Source: Candidatus Saccharimonadota bacterium (GTDB lineage Bacteria; Bacteroidota; Bacteroidia; Cytophagales; Amoebophilaceae). Taken from it: a stretch of 32,000 nucleotides of DNA. The notes below the pieces were generated by a model. That model worked only from the letters and a program-made list of their open reading frames with translations. It was not told where the DNA came from and made no database searches. Every line of letters begins with the position of its first letter. The stretch's first letter is position 1. The position numbers were made by a program, and so were the translations under genes. This document shows positions 1 through 8,046 of this stretch, piece after piece. The DNA lies in NCBI RefSeq assembly GCF_964030745.1, contig NZ_OZ034918.1, positions 240,001 through 272,000 on the forward strand, read 5' to 3'.

Positions 1-497
1 TTAAAAACGCCCACGGGCTGGTAACACGTAAATCTGGTGCACCTTACTATACCCATCCTATGGCAGTTGCCAAAATACTATTAGAAGTTACAAAAGATCC
101 TACAACCCTCTTAGCAGGCTTGTTACACGACATAGTAGAAGACACACCAATTCCATTGGCCCAAATAGAGCTGATGTATGGTCCTGAGGTGGCCTATATT
201 GTAGATATGGTGACCCACTACCATACCAGTGGTTATCGATGGAAATTAGATGACATAGAAAACAAAAGTCTATTGGAGCAATGTAAAGATATTCGTGTAG
301 TACAGGTTAAGCTAGCCGATAGACTACACAATATCAGAACCTTACATTTTCGCAAACCAGCAGATCAAAAAAGAATTGCAAAAGAGACCATGGCATTTTA
401 TATCCCATGGGCTAAAAAAAATAAAATTTTAAACTGGATAACCGAAATGAATGATATTTGCTGGGAAATTTTAAATAAGAAAGGAACAAAGTGGTGA
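1..497 (+). CDS. RelA/SpoT-homologue HD-domain (p)ppGpp-hydrolase-like protein, 5'-partial (open to window edge)
   Basis: The frame of ORF 60..497 stays open back to nt 3 (KNAHGLVTRKSGAPYYTHP-MAVAKIL...). It carries the RSH hydrolase signature: R-x-SG-x-PY-x-x-HP, LLHDIVEDT and KLADRLHNIRTL. The protein stops about 45 aa after the HD domain, with no synthetase domain downstream. Confidence 0.8.
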   Translation, partial: KNAHGLVTRKSGAPYYTHPMAVAKILLEVTKDPTTLLAGLLHDIVEDTPIPLAQIELMYGPEVAYIVDMVTHYHTSGYRWKLDDIENKSLLEQCKDIRVVQVKLADRLHNIRTLHFRKPADQKRIAKETMAFYIPWAKKNKILNWITEMNDICWEILNKKGTKW

Positions 498-543
498 ATG
501 TATGCTGTCGTTCATGTCACTGGTTCATATTTACATAGAAATA

Positions 544-1002
544 CTATTCTAAGAATAGCTGCTTGTTTTTAACGAGTTGGATAACGGATAAAGTTTTTAC
601 ATGGTCCACAAAAGGAAGTGCATAGATTTTTTCTACTACCATCGTCTGGTAACTAGATAAGTGGTCAACATAGACCATTAAAATAAAATCAAACTCACCT
701 ATTACTTGATAGCAAGTTGTAATAGATGCTATTTTATCAACTGTCAGTTTAAACAATTTAACCTGTTCAGCTCTGGCTTGTTGAAGGCGAATGCCAACAA
801 TTAGATGGACCAAGAAACCCAACTTAACATGATCCACTTGTACCCAATAATTGGTGATGATTCCATACTGTTCTAGCTTTTTTACCCGTTCAAGCGTAGC
901 TGCAGGAGAGAGATTGATTTTTTGTGCAAGCGCCACATTGGTGATCTTTGAATCAACTTGAAGAATATTTAATATAAGTTTATCTGTTTTATCCAATTCC
1001 AT
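544..1002 (-). CDS. Lrp/AsnC-family transcriptional regulator
   Basis: N-terminal HTH (LDKTDKLILNILQVDSKITNVALAQKINLSPAATLERVKKLEQYGIITNY) followed by an AsnC-type effector domain. The ORF track extends the ORF to 1029, but codons 1-9 (MEYNSLADT) are encoded by MITE-derived sequence. Met10 (ATG at 1002..1000, MELDKTDK) is therefore the more plausible start. Confidence 0.85.
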   Translation of the reverse strand: MELDKTDKLILNILQVDSKITNVALAQKINLSPAATLERVKKLEQYGIITNYWVQVDHVKLGFLVHLIVGIRLQQARAEQVKLFKLTVDKIASITTCYQVIGEFDFILMVYVDHLSSYQTMVVEKIYALPFVDHVKTLSVIQLVKNKQLFLE

Positions 1003-1003
1003 T

Positions 1004-1045
1004 GTATCTGCTAATGAATTGTATTCCACTTTTTTCTTGATAAAG
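1004..1045 (+). repeat. Degenerate left-end fragment of the GTATC-MITE family (fragment Z)
   Basis: gtatctgctaatgaattgtattccacttttttcttgataaag matches the MITE left end (gtatctattcacgtcactggttaataatgaattgtattccacttttttcttgataaaa) apart from an internal ~16-nt gap. It abuts copy B. Confidence 0.45.
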
Positions 1046-2110
1046 GTATCTATTCACGTCACTGGTTAATAATGAATTTTATTCCACTTTTTTCGTATCT
1101 ATTCACGTCACTGGTTAATAATGAATTGTATTCCACTTTTTTCTTGATAAAAAAGTGGACAAAAAATCAAGCCCTCGGTAAAAAGTTGGGGGACCTCACC
1201 CCTTACAGATGGAAAAACAGAAGTCGCCCGCTGCGCGGGCTTCAAAGGAATCTGTTTTTCCTAATCATCTGCAAGGGATGAGGCCTATTTCCCCACTTTT
1301 TACAGGGGCATTTTTCTACTATGGACATAGCGTTAAACGCATACGCTACGTTTGGCTGAAAAAACAAGTGGCTAGTCCATTACCAGCCCCCGCGTCTCCT
1401 TCGATAAAAAAATGGCGCTCTAGTAAAACACTAACCCCTGAGCGATATCTTTTTCAGCGGATTAGAAAATCGTCTGTTTGAAGCCCGCTTGCGGGCTGAG
1501 TTCACGATTTTCCCGCTGAAAAAGATATCGATTCAGCTATTTACTATCGGGCCAGACTTTTTATCGAAGGAGATAAGGCGGCCAGCCAGAGGCGTGAATG
1601 GATACCTTTTTTCTTGATAAAAAAGTGGACAAAAAATCAAGCCCTCGGTAAAAAGTTCCGGAAGCCACCCCTTACAGATGGGAAAACAGAAATCGCCCGC
1701 TGTGCGGGCTTCAAAGGAAGCTGTTTTTCCCAATCATCTGCAAGGGGTGGCTTCTATTTCGAAACTTTTTACAGGGGCATTTTATCACTATGGCCATAGT
1801 GTTGAACAGATACTGATAAAGAAAGGGAGAAACACGTTTTCTGCCACAGTGCTGAACGGACACAAAAAAGCAAGTGGCTAATCCATTACCAGCAGCCGCG
1901 TCTCCTTCGATAAAAAAATGGCGCTCTAGTAAAACACGAACAGCTGAGCTATATATTTTTCAGCGGATTAGAAAATCGTCTGTGTGAAGCCCGCTTGCGG
2001 GCTGAGTTCACGATTTTCCCGCTGAAAAAGATATCGATTCAGCTATTTACTATCGGGCCAGACTTTTTATCGAAGGAGATAAGGGGGCTCGGCCAGAGAT
2101 TAGCTTGAAC
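1046..2110 (+). mobile_element. MITE-like element copy B (sequence variant, degenerate right end), split by the nested copy A
   Basis: The left TIR and first 49 bp lie at 1046..1094. The body resumes at 1606 (cttttttcttgataaaaaagtggac...) and is colinear with copies A and D through about 2098. Its internal L-module end is gttgaacagatac at 1801..1813. The right terminus has diverged, so the end coordinate is approximate. Confidence 0.6.
1095..1605 (+). mobile_element. MITE-like element copy A (511 bp, intact, two-module form)
   Basis: The TIRs are GTATCTATTCACGTCACTGG (1095->) and, as reverse complement of the right end, GTATCCATTCACGCCTCTGG (<-1605), about 17/20 identical. An 8-bp direct duplication CTTTTTTC flanks it at 1087..1094 and 1606..1613. 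It is about 98% identical by eye to copy D once the IS is removed. Confidence 0.85.
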
Positions 2111-2153
2111 AACTTTTGTTTACCCCATACTTAAACAGGTACACTTGTTAAAC

Positions 2154-2357
2154 TTATTTACCATCTGCATCATTTGAATGGTCCATAGAGGCTTTGGATG
2201 CCGATACATTCGCTCGAATTTCCTGTGCAATTTTTTTTAACGTTTGCATTCCTTTACGGACTCGTGTTCCCGCTGCCTTATTGTCCTTCTCATAAAATTT
2301 CTGAAACTCATCTTCCAAGGAAAGTACTAATGTTTTTAATTCTGCAAATCGATTCAT
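2154..2357 (-). CDS. Histone H1-like (Hc1-family) small basic DNA-binding protein
   Basis: The 67-aa protein contains KDNKAAGTRVRKGMQTLKKIAQEIR. This resembles the conserved KGNKAAAQRVR...KLEKIAK core of chlamydial Hc1 and the small 'histone H1' proteins of Bacteroidota. Confidence 0.7.
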   Translation of the reverse strand: MNRFAELKTLVLSLEDEFQKFYEKDNKAAGTRVRKGMQTLKKIAQEIRANVSASKASMDHSNDADGK

Positions 2358-2670
2358 GATATAGTAATTAATGGTCGCTATTTATGTTTACTAGATGGTT
2401 GTCCAGCCCGTGACTAAACTATGATACTCAAATATTAGACCCTGCATAAGGTCGCTATTTGTCTTTCTGTTATCTCTATGAATCTAATAATTTTTTATCG
2501 AATTGTTCTGATATTTCTTAAAATTTTTCACCTAGTGATTTTTCAACTTAAGAGATAAATATTATTGACTATTAAATAGAACAGCATTTTTTACATAGAG
2601 TATTGGTATACGCAGCACTTATGGCCACCAATAAAGAAATGCGGCCACAATAGCTTTTCTTATCATGATC

Positions 2671-2808
2671 AGCCACGCGTCTCCTTCGATAAAAAATGGC
2701 GCTCTAGTAAAACACGAACAGCTGAGCGATATCTTTTTCAGCTATTTACTATCGGGCCAGACTTTTTATCGAAGGAGATAAGGGGCCCAGCCACAGGTGT
2801 GTAATGAA
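2671..2808 (+). repeat. MITE remnant (copy C): right module only, with a 79-bp internal deletion
   Basis: It aligns to copy A 1390..1605, but the central hairpin (equivalent of 1458..1536) is missing. The junction ...gatatctttttcag|ctatttact shares ttcag microhomology with both deletion endpoints. The right TIR is degenerate (gtgtaatgaag). Confidence 0.7.
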
Positions 2809-2991
2809 GTTCCTTAAAAAACTGGAAAAAATGCGTTTTCAATCACAGTACTGAGTAAAAAAATAAGTAAAATTCCTTAAGCCATCACCATTGCCTGAAC
2901 AGATACCTTAAAATATTTGCTTTGTATTAAATTTTTAGTAATATACTGTTACAAGAAATAAGTCAAATTTTTTACGCTAAAAAGGCAAGTC

Positions 2992-3801
2992 ATGATAAGG
3001 AATATGCTGTTTGTGTTCCTACTAATCCCATCTTGTAATGGATTTAGTAGGTCTACTGTCTGTAATATGGATGGTCAAGGGTCAAGTGAGGAGGGTCAAG
3101 CGCTTGATGCGTACATTTTTTTAAAAGAAGATGAATTCGAAGATGCATACGTTTTTAATGATATAGCCTTGTCTCGATGCCAGTTATGGTATAGTAGTGT
3201 GATGCTGGATTCTGAAAATCCTGAAACGGTAATTTTAGATCTCTATAACTGGGTGGACCAGTATAGTCAACTTCCTTTTATTGGTACACTCGGAAAGTTA
3301 GCTGTTGACAAGCTGCAGAAAGTGTGGAAGCAGGGAAAACAAGTTTTTGGCAAGGTGGATGAGATCTTTGGAAAAGATTCAGATGCTTTGGTCCTAATTC
3401 GTGCAAGTTGCAGGAAAATTCCTGAACTACGTAAGCAAGCTTGTTTGAATATGGTGTTGGAATTAGTAGATATGCTATTTCAAATAAGACCCCAGAAGTA
3501 TGGAGAGCTGGTTGAAAGATTAACTGAGTTGGAGCAATCTATTAGCACAGAGGTGAAGAAAGGTAATCCCAGCTATAATGAGGAGCTGGCCTATTTAAAA
3601 AAATTACTTATGGAGCATTTTAATGAGCTTAATAAAGATACCTTTTACTCCAAGTTTTATGCGGGTCACATAGTTTATTTACAAAATATTCATGCGCTAC
3701 TGCCACTTGTAGTTTGTGCAGGCACTTCTGCTGTTAAAAATGGTTTTGTAAATTTCCTTAAGAATAGAGGTAAAAAAATAGAATTTGAGTGGCTATGCTA
3801 G
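2992..3801 (+). CDS. Hypothetical secreted or lipoprotein-like protein (orphan)
   Basis: A 269-aa ORF with a hydrophobic N-terminus (MLFVFLLIPSC) ending in Cys. I recognise no family motif. The codon composition resembles that of neighbouring genes. Confidence 0.55.
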   Translation: MIRNMLFVFLLIPSCNGFSRSTVCNMDGQGSSEEGQALDAYIFLKEDEFEDAYVFNDIALSRCQLWYSSVMLDSENPETVILDLYNWVDQYSQLPFIGTLGKLAVDKLQKVWKQGKQVFGKVDEIFGKDSDALVLIRASCRKIPELRKQACLNMVLELVDMLFQIRPQKYGELVERLTELEQSISTEVKKGNPSYNEELAYLKKLLMEHFNELNKDTFYSKFYAGHIVYLQNIHALLPLVVCAGTSAVKNGFVNFLKNRGKKIEFEWLC

Positions 3802-3806
3802 ATTGG

Positions 3807-4556
3807 TTAACCTTTAACCACCCATAGATTCATGGTAGTGCCTAATGGTACCTTGCTGCCTGCCTCGGGTTTTTGTTTGGTAACCGTACCAATGGATATA
3901 TCTTTTTTTGTAACATGATGTTGCACGCCTATCTGTATGCCCCGTTCTAATAATATTAAACCAGCTTCCTCTAAAGGTATGCCTACCACATTGGGCACCT
4001 CAATGATTTGGTTACCTAGTCCAGCGCTCACCACTAAGTCAATAGTAGATCCTTTATGAATCAGTTTGCCAGTAGGTATAGGTTGGCGATTGTGCCATTG
4101 TTCTAAAACAGCATATTCTGTAATGTCGGCAACATATTTGATGGTCCCCAGCTTTAGCCCCTTGTTCTTTAGGAGCAGTTGTGCCTGTTTAATAGACCCC
4201 TCAATAAGATTGGGCATAGATACAAGGGGAGGATGTTCTGCATTTAAAGTTAAATAGATTTTTCTGTTTTCTTTGACCCAAGCACCTGCTGCAGGAAATT
4301 GTTGTAAAACGGTAAAAGGAGGAAGCTGTTCAGAGTAACCGCTATTGTCTGTTATAACGTAACGCAAATGATCTTTGCTCAGCTTTTCATCCAATGCTTC
4401 TAAATGTACACCTGTTAGATCAGGTACTTCAACGATTTTGCCTTGACGCGTAATATAGGGCAATACCATATAGAAAAATATATATAGCATGGCTATACTT
4501 AAGCAACACATGTAAAAAATGTGTTGTGCAATCTTTTTTAGCTTTTCTTTGTTCAT
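3807..4556 (-). CDS. PASTA-domain-containing membrane protein (three PASTA repeats)
   Basis: An N-terminal TM segment (FYMCCLSIAMLYIFFYMVLPYI) is followed by three ~65-aa repeats starting VPDLTG / MPNLIEG / VPNVVG. Each ends in the G-x-x-V/I-x-L motif typical of PASTA. Its ATG overlaps the ddl stop codon (ATGA at 4553..4556). Confidence 0.8.
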   Translation of the reverse strand: MNKEKLKKIAQHIFYMCCLSIAMLYIFFYMVLPYITRQGKIVEVPDLTGVHLEALDEKLSKDHLRYVITDNSGYSEQLPPFTVLQQFPAAGAWVKENRKIYLTLNAEHPPLVSMPNLIEGSIKQAQLLLKNKGLKLGTIKYVADITEYAVLEQWHNRQPIPTGKLIHKGSTIDLVVSAGLGNQIIEVPNVVGIPLEEAGLILLERGIQIGVQHHVTKKDISIGTVTKQKPEAGSKVPLGTTMNLWVVKG

Positions 4557-5854
4557 GGATCTGCAGTTAACGCTGCTGCAGAAACAGCGAAATTTCTTTT
4601 GGTGTATCCATATTGAATAATGGCATCTATAAAATCAAAGGGGGTATAGCCATTTAAAGCAGATTGGTGAAAAATACAGGTTGCCGGTGTCATAGCAGGT
4701 AGCGCATTGACTTCAACCACCCAAACTGCTACTTTTTGGTCAGCATAGATTTTTACAAATGCATCTATTCGGGCATAGCCTTGTAGGTTTAAAACTTCTG
4801 CAATAGTTGCCAATTGCTCCTTTACCCTGCTACTGATCCTTGCAGCTGCTTTAGGATCGCTATGAAAGCGAGCAGGGGTAATATTATGACCCTCTCCTGC
4901 TAAAAATTTTTCTTCTAATGAAAGGATTGCATCCGCTGCTACCGTTTCTGATGGCTCAAAGACTTCATATAAGGTGCCACCATTAGAACCTATATGGGTT
5001 AGTAACCCTGTTGTGATTTCCAAACAATCCAGGCTTTCTCCATCTTTTTGGATCAATGTTTCTAGCAAAAATCGCTCTTGCCTAGGAATATGGTCTGCCG
5101 CGTGCAACCCCAATGTTTCCATCAAATCAGCAGCAATCAGTGATCTGACTCTAAAACTGGCCGATGCATAAGCCATCAACATGGCCTGATCTGTGATCCG
5201 CACCACGCCTGCACTGCAACCATCATCTACTGGCTTGGCAATAATCGGATAGGTCAATGTCTCCTCTATCGCAGAGACAACGCTATGCTGATCATAAGTC
5301 CACTCTTTTTTTGTAATCAAAAGTTGTTGTGCAATGGGAAAGCCTTTTTGGGCTAACAATTGATTGGTTGCATACTTATCAATGGTCAAAGCAGCAGTGG
5401 CTATACCAGATCCATTATAAGGTATATCATAGGCCTCTAATAGCTTTTGTAAAGTGCCATCTTCTCCAGGCCTACCATGCAAGGCTATAAAGATAAAATC
5501 TACCCTTTCTTGTAAGGCAGAAAAGTTAAGCTCTTCCGGTGTAAAAACAGCTTCTTTTGCATAATATTTTGTAATGGAAGCCGCTGCTTCCCTAATAGGG
5601 GCTACTAATGCTTCTGATCTATGCCATATAGTTGGATGCAAGAGTGCATCATGGATATCATCTGCATTGTCTTTTAACAACAGCGCAGCAGGCAGTGTAA
5701 AAATACGATACGCCTCCTTAGAGCCAGATAAAAAAAGCGGCAGGGGGGCGTACTTGGTAGAGGTTATCAGTTTACTATAGACATTCCGACCACTTTCTAG
5801 TGATATATGTCGTTCGGGGGTAAACCCGCCCATAAGCACACCTATTTTTTGCAC
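4553..5854 (-). CDS. ddl: D-alanine--D-alanine ligase family ATP-grasp enzyme (long form, 433 aa)
   Basis: Ddl-type motifs are present: IGVLMGGFTPERHISLESG, LHGRPGEDGTLQKLLEAYDIPYNGSG, PIIAKPVDDGCSAGV and RIDAF...VVEVNALPAMTP. It is longer than typical Ddl proteins because of insertions. Confidence 0.72.
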   Translation of the reverse strand: MQKIGVLMGGFTPERHISLESGRNVYSKLITSTKYAPLPLFLSGSKEAYRIFTLPAALLLKDNADDIHDALLHPTIWHRSEALVAPIREAAASITKYYAKEAVFTPEELNFSALQERVDFIFIALHGRPGEDGTLQKLLEAYDIPYNGSGIATAALTIDKYATNQLLAQKGFPIAQQLLITKKEWTYDQHSVVSAIEETLTYPIIAKPVDDGCSAGVVRITDQAMLMAYASASFRVRSLIAADLMETLGLHAADHIPRQERFLLETLIQKDGESLDCLEITTGLLTHIGSNGGTLYEVFEPSETVAADAILSLEEKFLAGEGHNITPARFHSDPKAAARISSRVKEQLATIAEVLNLQGYARIDAFVKIYADQKVAVWVVEVNALPAMTPATCIFHQSALNGYTPFDFIDAIIQYGYTKRNFAVSAAALTADP

Positions 5855-5870
5855 TTGCTCTTCCTTACAT

Positions 5871-7874
5871 TTAAGCTACATCATTGGATGTAGGCGAGGT
5901 TGCCTCTACATCATCAGCTTGTACTTCGCTTGGTAGCGCTTGCGACCCATCTTCAACAGCCACCTCGTTAGCCTCTTTAGCAAAGCGTTTCCCTATTAAA
6001 CGCTCTAGATCTGATTTCAGTATCGTTTCTCTAACCAATAACGCTTCAGCCAAAAGGGTCAGCTTATCAATCTTTTCTTTGAGCAATGCTTTCACCCGTT
6101 CATATGCACGATCTATAATCGCTTTTACCTCTTCATCTATGGTATATGCTGTTTTTTCCGAGTAAGGCTTTGTGAACGTATAGTCTGCTTGTTTGGAGTT
6201 GTGAAAAGAAAGATGCCCTACTTTAGGGTTCATGCCATAGATGGTCACCATGCTATAGGCCAGTTTAGTAGTACGTTCCAAATCATTTAGTGCACCAGTA
6301 GAGATTTTTCCAAAAATAAGTTCCTCGGCCGCTCTGCCCCCCAGTGCCATAGCCAATTCGTCCAACAATTGATTTTCTTGATAAACAAATTGTTCCTTCG
6401 GTAAATATTGTGCATAACCCAATGCCGCTATACCACGTGGTATAATGCTTACCTTGACCAGTGGATGGGCATGCTCTAAAAACCATCCAGCAATCGCATG
6501 GCCTGCTTCATGGTAGGCTACGATTTTCTTCTCTTCTGGAGAGATTAGCTTGTTTTTCTTCTCTAATCCGCCAATAATTCGATCTATAGCTGCATGAAAG
6601 TCGCTCATCGTTACAAACTTTCGGTTTTTTCTGGCCGCTATTAAAGCCGCCTCATTACACATATTAGAAAGATCGGCTCCAGAAAACCCGGGGGTTTGTT
6701 CTGCCAGTTGTTTGATGCGAATATGTCGTTCTAGCTTGAGCCTTTTGCTGTGGCAGCGTATAATCGCTTCTCTATCCACCACATCTGGATTATCTATGGT
6801 AACCTGTCTATCAAACCGACCTGGGCGAAGCAAAGCAGGATCTAGCACCTCTGCCCTATTGGTGGCACCGATCACAATTACACCAGAATTGGTTGAGAAG
6901 CCATCCATCTCTACCAGAAGAGAGTTCAAAGTATTTTCACGTTCATCATTGACGCCAGGCATATTGGCTTTTCCCCGTGTTCTACCCACTGCATCGATTT
7001 CATCGATAAAAATAATACAAGGTGCCTTTTCCTTTGCTTTTTTAAAGAGGTCACGCACACGCGCCGCACCTATGCCCACAAACATTTCCACAAAATCTGA
7101 TCCAGAAAGACAAATTACAGGTACACCTGCTTCGCCAGCCACCGCTTTAGCCAGTAAGGTTTTACCCGTTCCTGGAGGACCTACCAGCAACACACCTTTA
7201 GGAATTTTTCCGCCAAGCATCGTAAATTTTTCCGGCATTTTTAAAAAGTCTACCACCTCTTTTACCTCTTCTTTCGCCTCTTTCATACCCGCTACATCTT
7301 GGAATGTAACTTTTAACTGATTATCTTTATCAAAGATAGTTGCTTTTAAGGTATTCATATTGAAAAGCTGTGTGCCAGGCCCTGCCATACCATTACCTGG
7401 TTTACGAATAAAGAACCAGTAGATAAGGAATAGCGTTAGCAAAAAAGACCAGTTGATAAAACTAGCAGGCTCGGAGCGTTCTTCACAGATATAGCCTATT
7501 CTAGTTTCGGGGTCCATTTTAGCTTCTATTTCTGCGAATTTTTTATCGAAGATATCGAAGTTAGGTATTCGAAAAGTGTAGACCACCCCACTGGAACTTT
7601 TCCAAGCAGTTCTTCCTGCTAGCTCCTTTTGGTAATGTTCTTTTTTTAATGCATCCGCTTTAAGCGCTACCTCCACTAGGTGCTGATTGGTGATTAAAGT
7701 AACCGACTTTACCTCCTGGTTCAGCATCATTGCTTCAAAACGTTTTTCAGAAATGGCAATACTGCTTTTTTCCTTGCTGTAATAAAAAATCAACCCCAAT
7801 ATGACTAATATAGCTAATACAAAAATGGACTGAGGCGCATTGTGTTGCACAAACTTTTTTTCTCTAGGTTTCAT
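5871..7874 (-). CDS. ftsH: ATP-dependent zinc metalloprotease FtsH
   Basis: An N-terminal TM segment, Walker [22 protein letters not shown], Walker [12 protein letters not shown], and the zinc motif HEAGHA. It lies 16 bp upstream of ddl on the same strand. Confidence 0.97.
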   Translation of the reverse strand: MKPREKKFVQHNAPQSIFVLAILVILGLIFYYSKEKSSIAISEKRFEAMMLNQEVKSVTLITNQHLVEVALKADALKKEHYQKELAGRTAWKSSSGVVYTFRIPNFDIFDKKFAEIEAKMDPETRIGYICEERSEPASFINWSFLLTLFLIYWFFIRKPGNGMAGPGTQLFNMNTLKATIFDKDNQLKVTFQDVAGMKEAKEEVKEVVDFLKMPEKFTMLGGKIPKGVLLVGPPGTGKTLLAKAVAGEAGVPVICLSGSDFVEMFVGIGAARVRDLFKKAKEKAPCIIFIDEIDAVGRTRGKANMPGVNDERENTLNSLLVEMDGFSTNSGVIVIGATNRAEVLDPALLRPGRFDRQVTIDNPDVVDREAIIRCHSKRLKLERHIRIKQLAEQTPGFSGADLSNMCNEAALIAARKNRKFVTMSDFHAAIDRIIGGLEKKNKLISPEEKKIVAYHEAGHAIAGWFLEHAHPLVKVSIIPRGIAALGYAQYLPKEQFVYQENQLLDELAMALGGRAAEELIFGKISTGALNDLERTTKLAYSMVTIYGMNPKVGHLSFHNSKQADYTFTKPYSEKTAYTIDEEVKAIIDRAYERVKALLKEKIDKLTLLAEALLVRETILKSDLERLIGKRFAKEANEVAVEDGSQALPSEVQADDVEATSPTSNDVA

Positions 7875-8046
7875 AATCTGGTTTTAAATTGAACAGCTAT
7901 TTTTTTGCTAAGCGCAGATGCAAATTTACAAAAAAGCATTGAAAAAGACTATAAAGAGCTGAATGATGATTGCCATTCAAAGGGATGGCTTGTAACAATT
8001 TGTGCTTATGTTATTTTATTATGTAGCGTTGGCCTTATTCAGATTT

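Noticed and set aside
1046-1143. A 49-bp tandem direct repeat that could be mistaken for a mini CRISPR array or minisatellite.
   Set aside because: There are only two units and no spacers. The units are fully explained as the left end of MITE copy B followed by the left end of nested copy A, which carries a CTTTTTTC TSD.
1072-1881. Track ORFs inside the MITE copies: 1072..1281, 1209..1481, 1533..1733 (-), 1614..1799, 1678..1881, and their counterparts 22537..22740, 27574..27786 (-) and 27642..27839 (-). They include a recurring MEKQKSPAARASKESVFPNHLQG peptide.
   Set aside because: They lie in palindromic non-coding repeat DNA and appear on both strands of the same sequence, as expected for palindromes. 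They change frame or length between copies through indels and have no recognisable protein features. They recur because the DNA repeat recurs, not because coding sequence is conserved.
6712-7320. A 202-aa antisense ORF inside ftsH, and similar antisense ORFs inside ddl, dnaE, mrp and rpoC (for example 5884..6165, 12952..13155, 25400..25696, 28569..28961 and 30244..30588).
   Set aside because: They are entirely embedded opposite strongly supported conserved genes. Their Ser/Pro/Thr-rich composition is typical of antisense frames.
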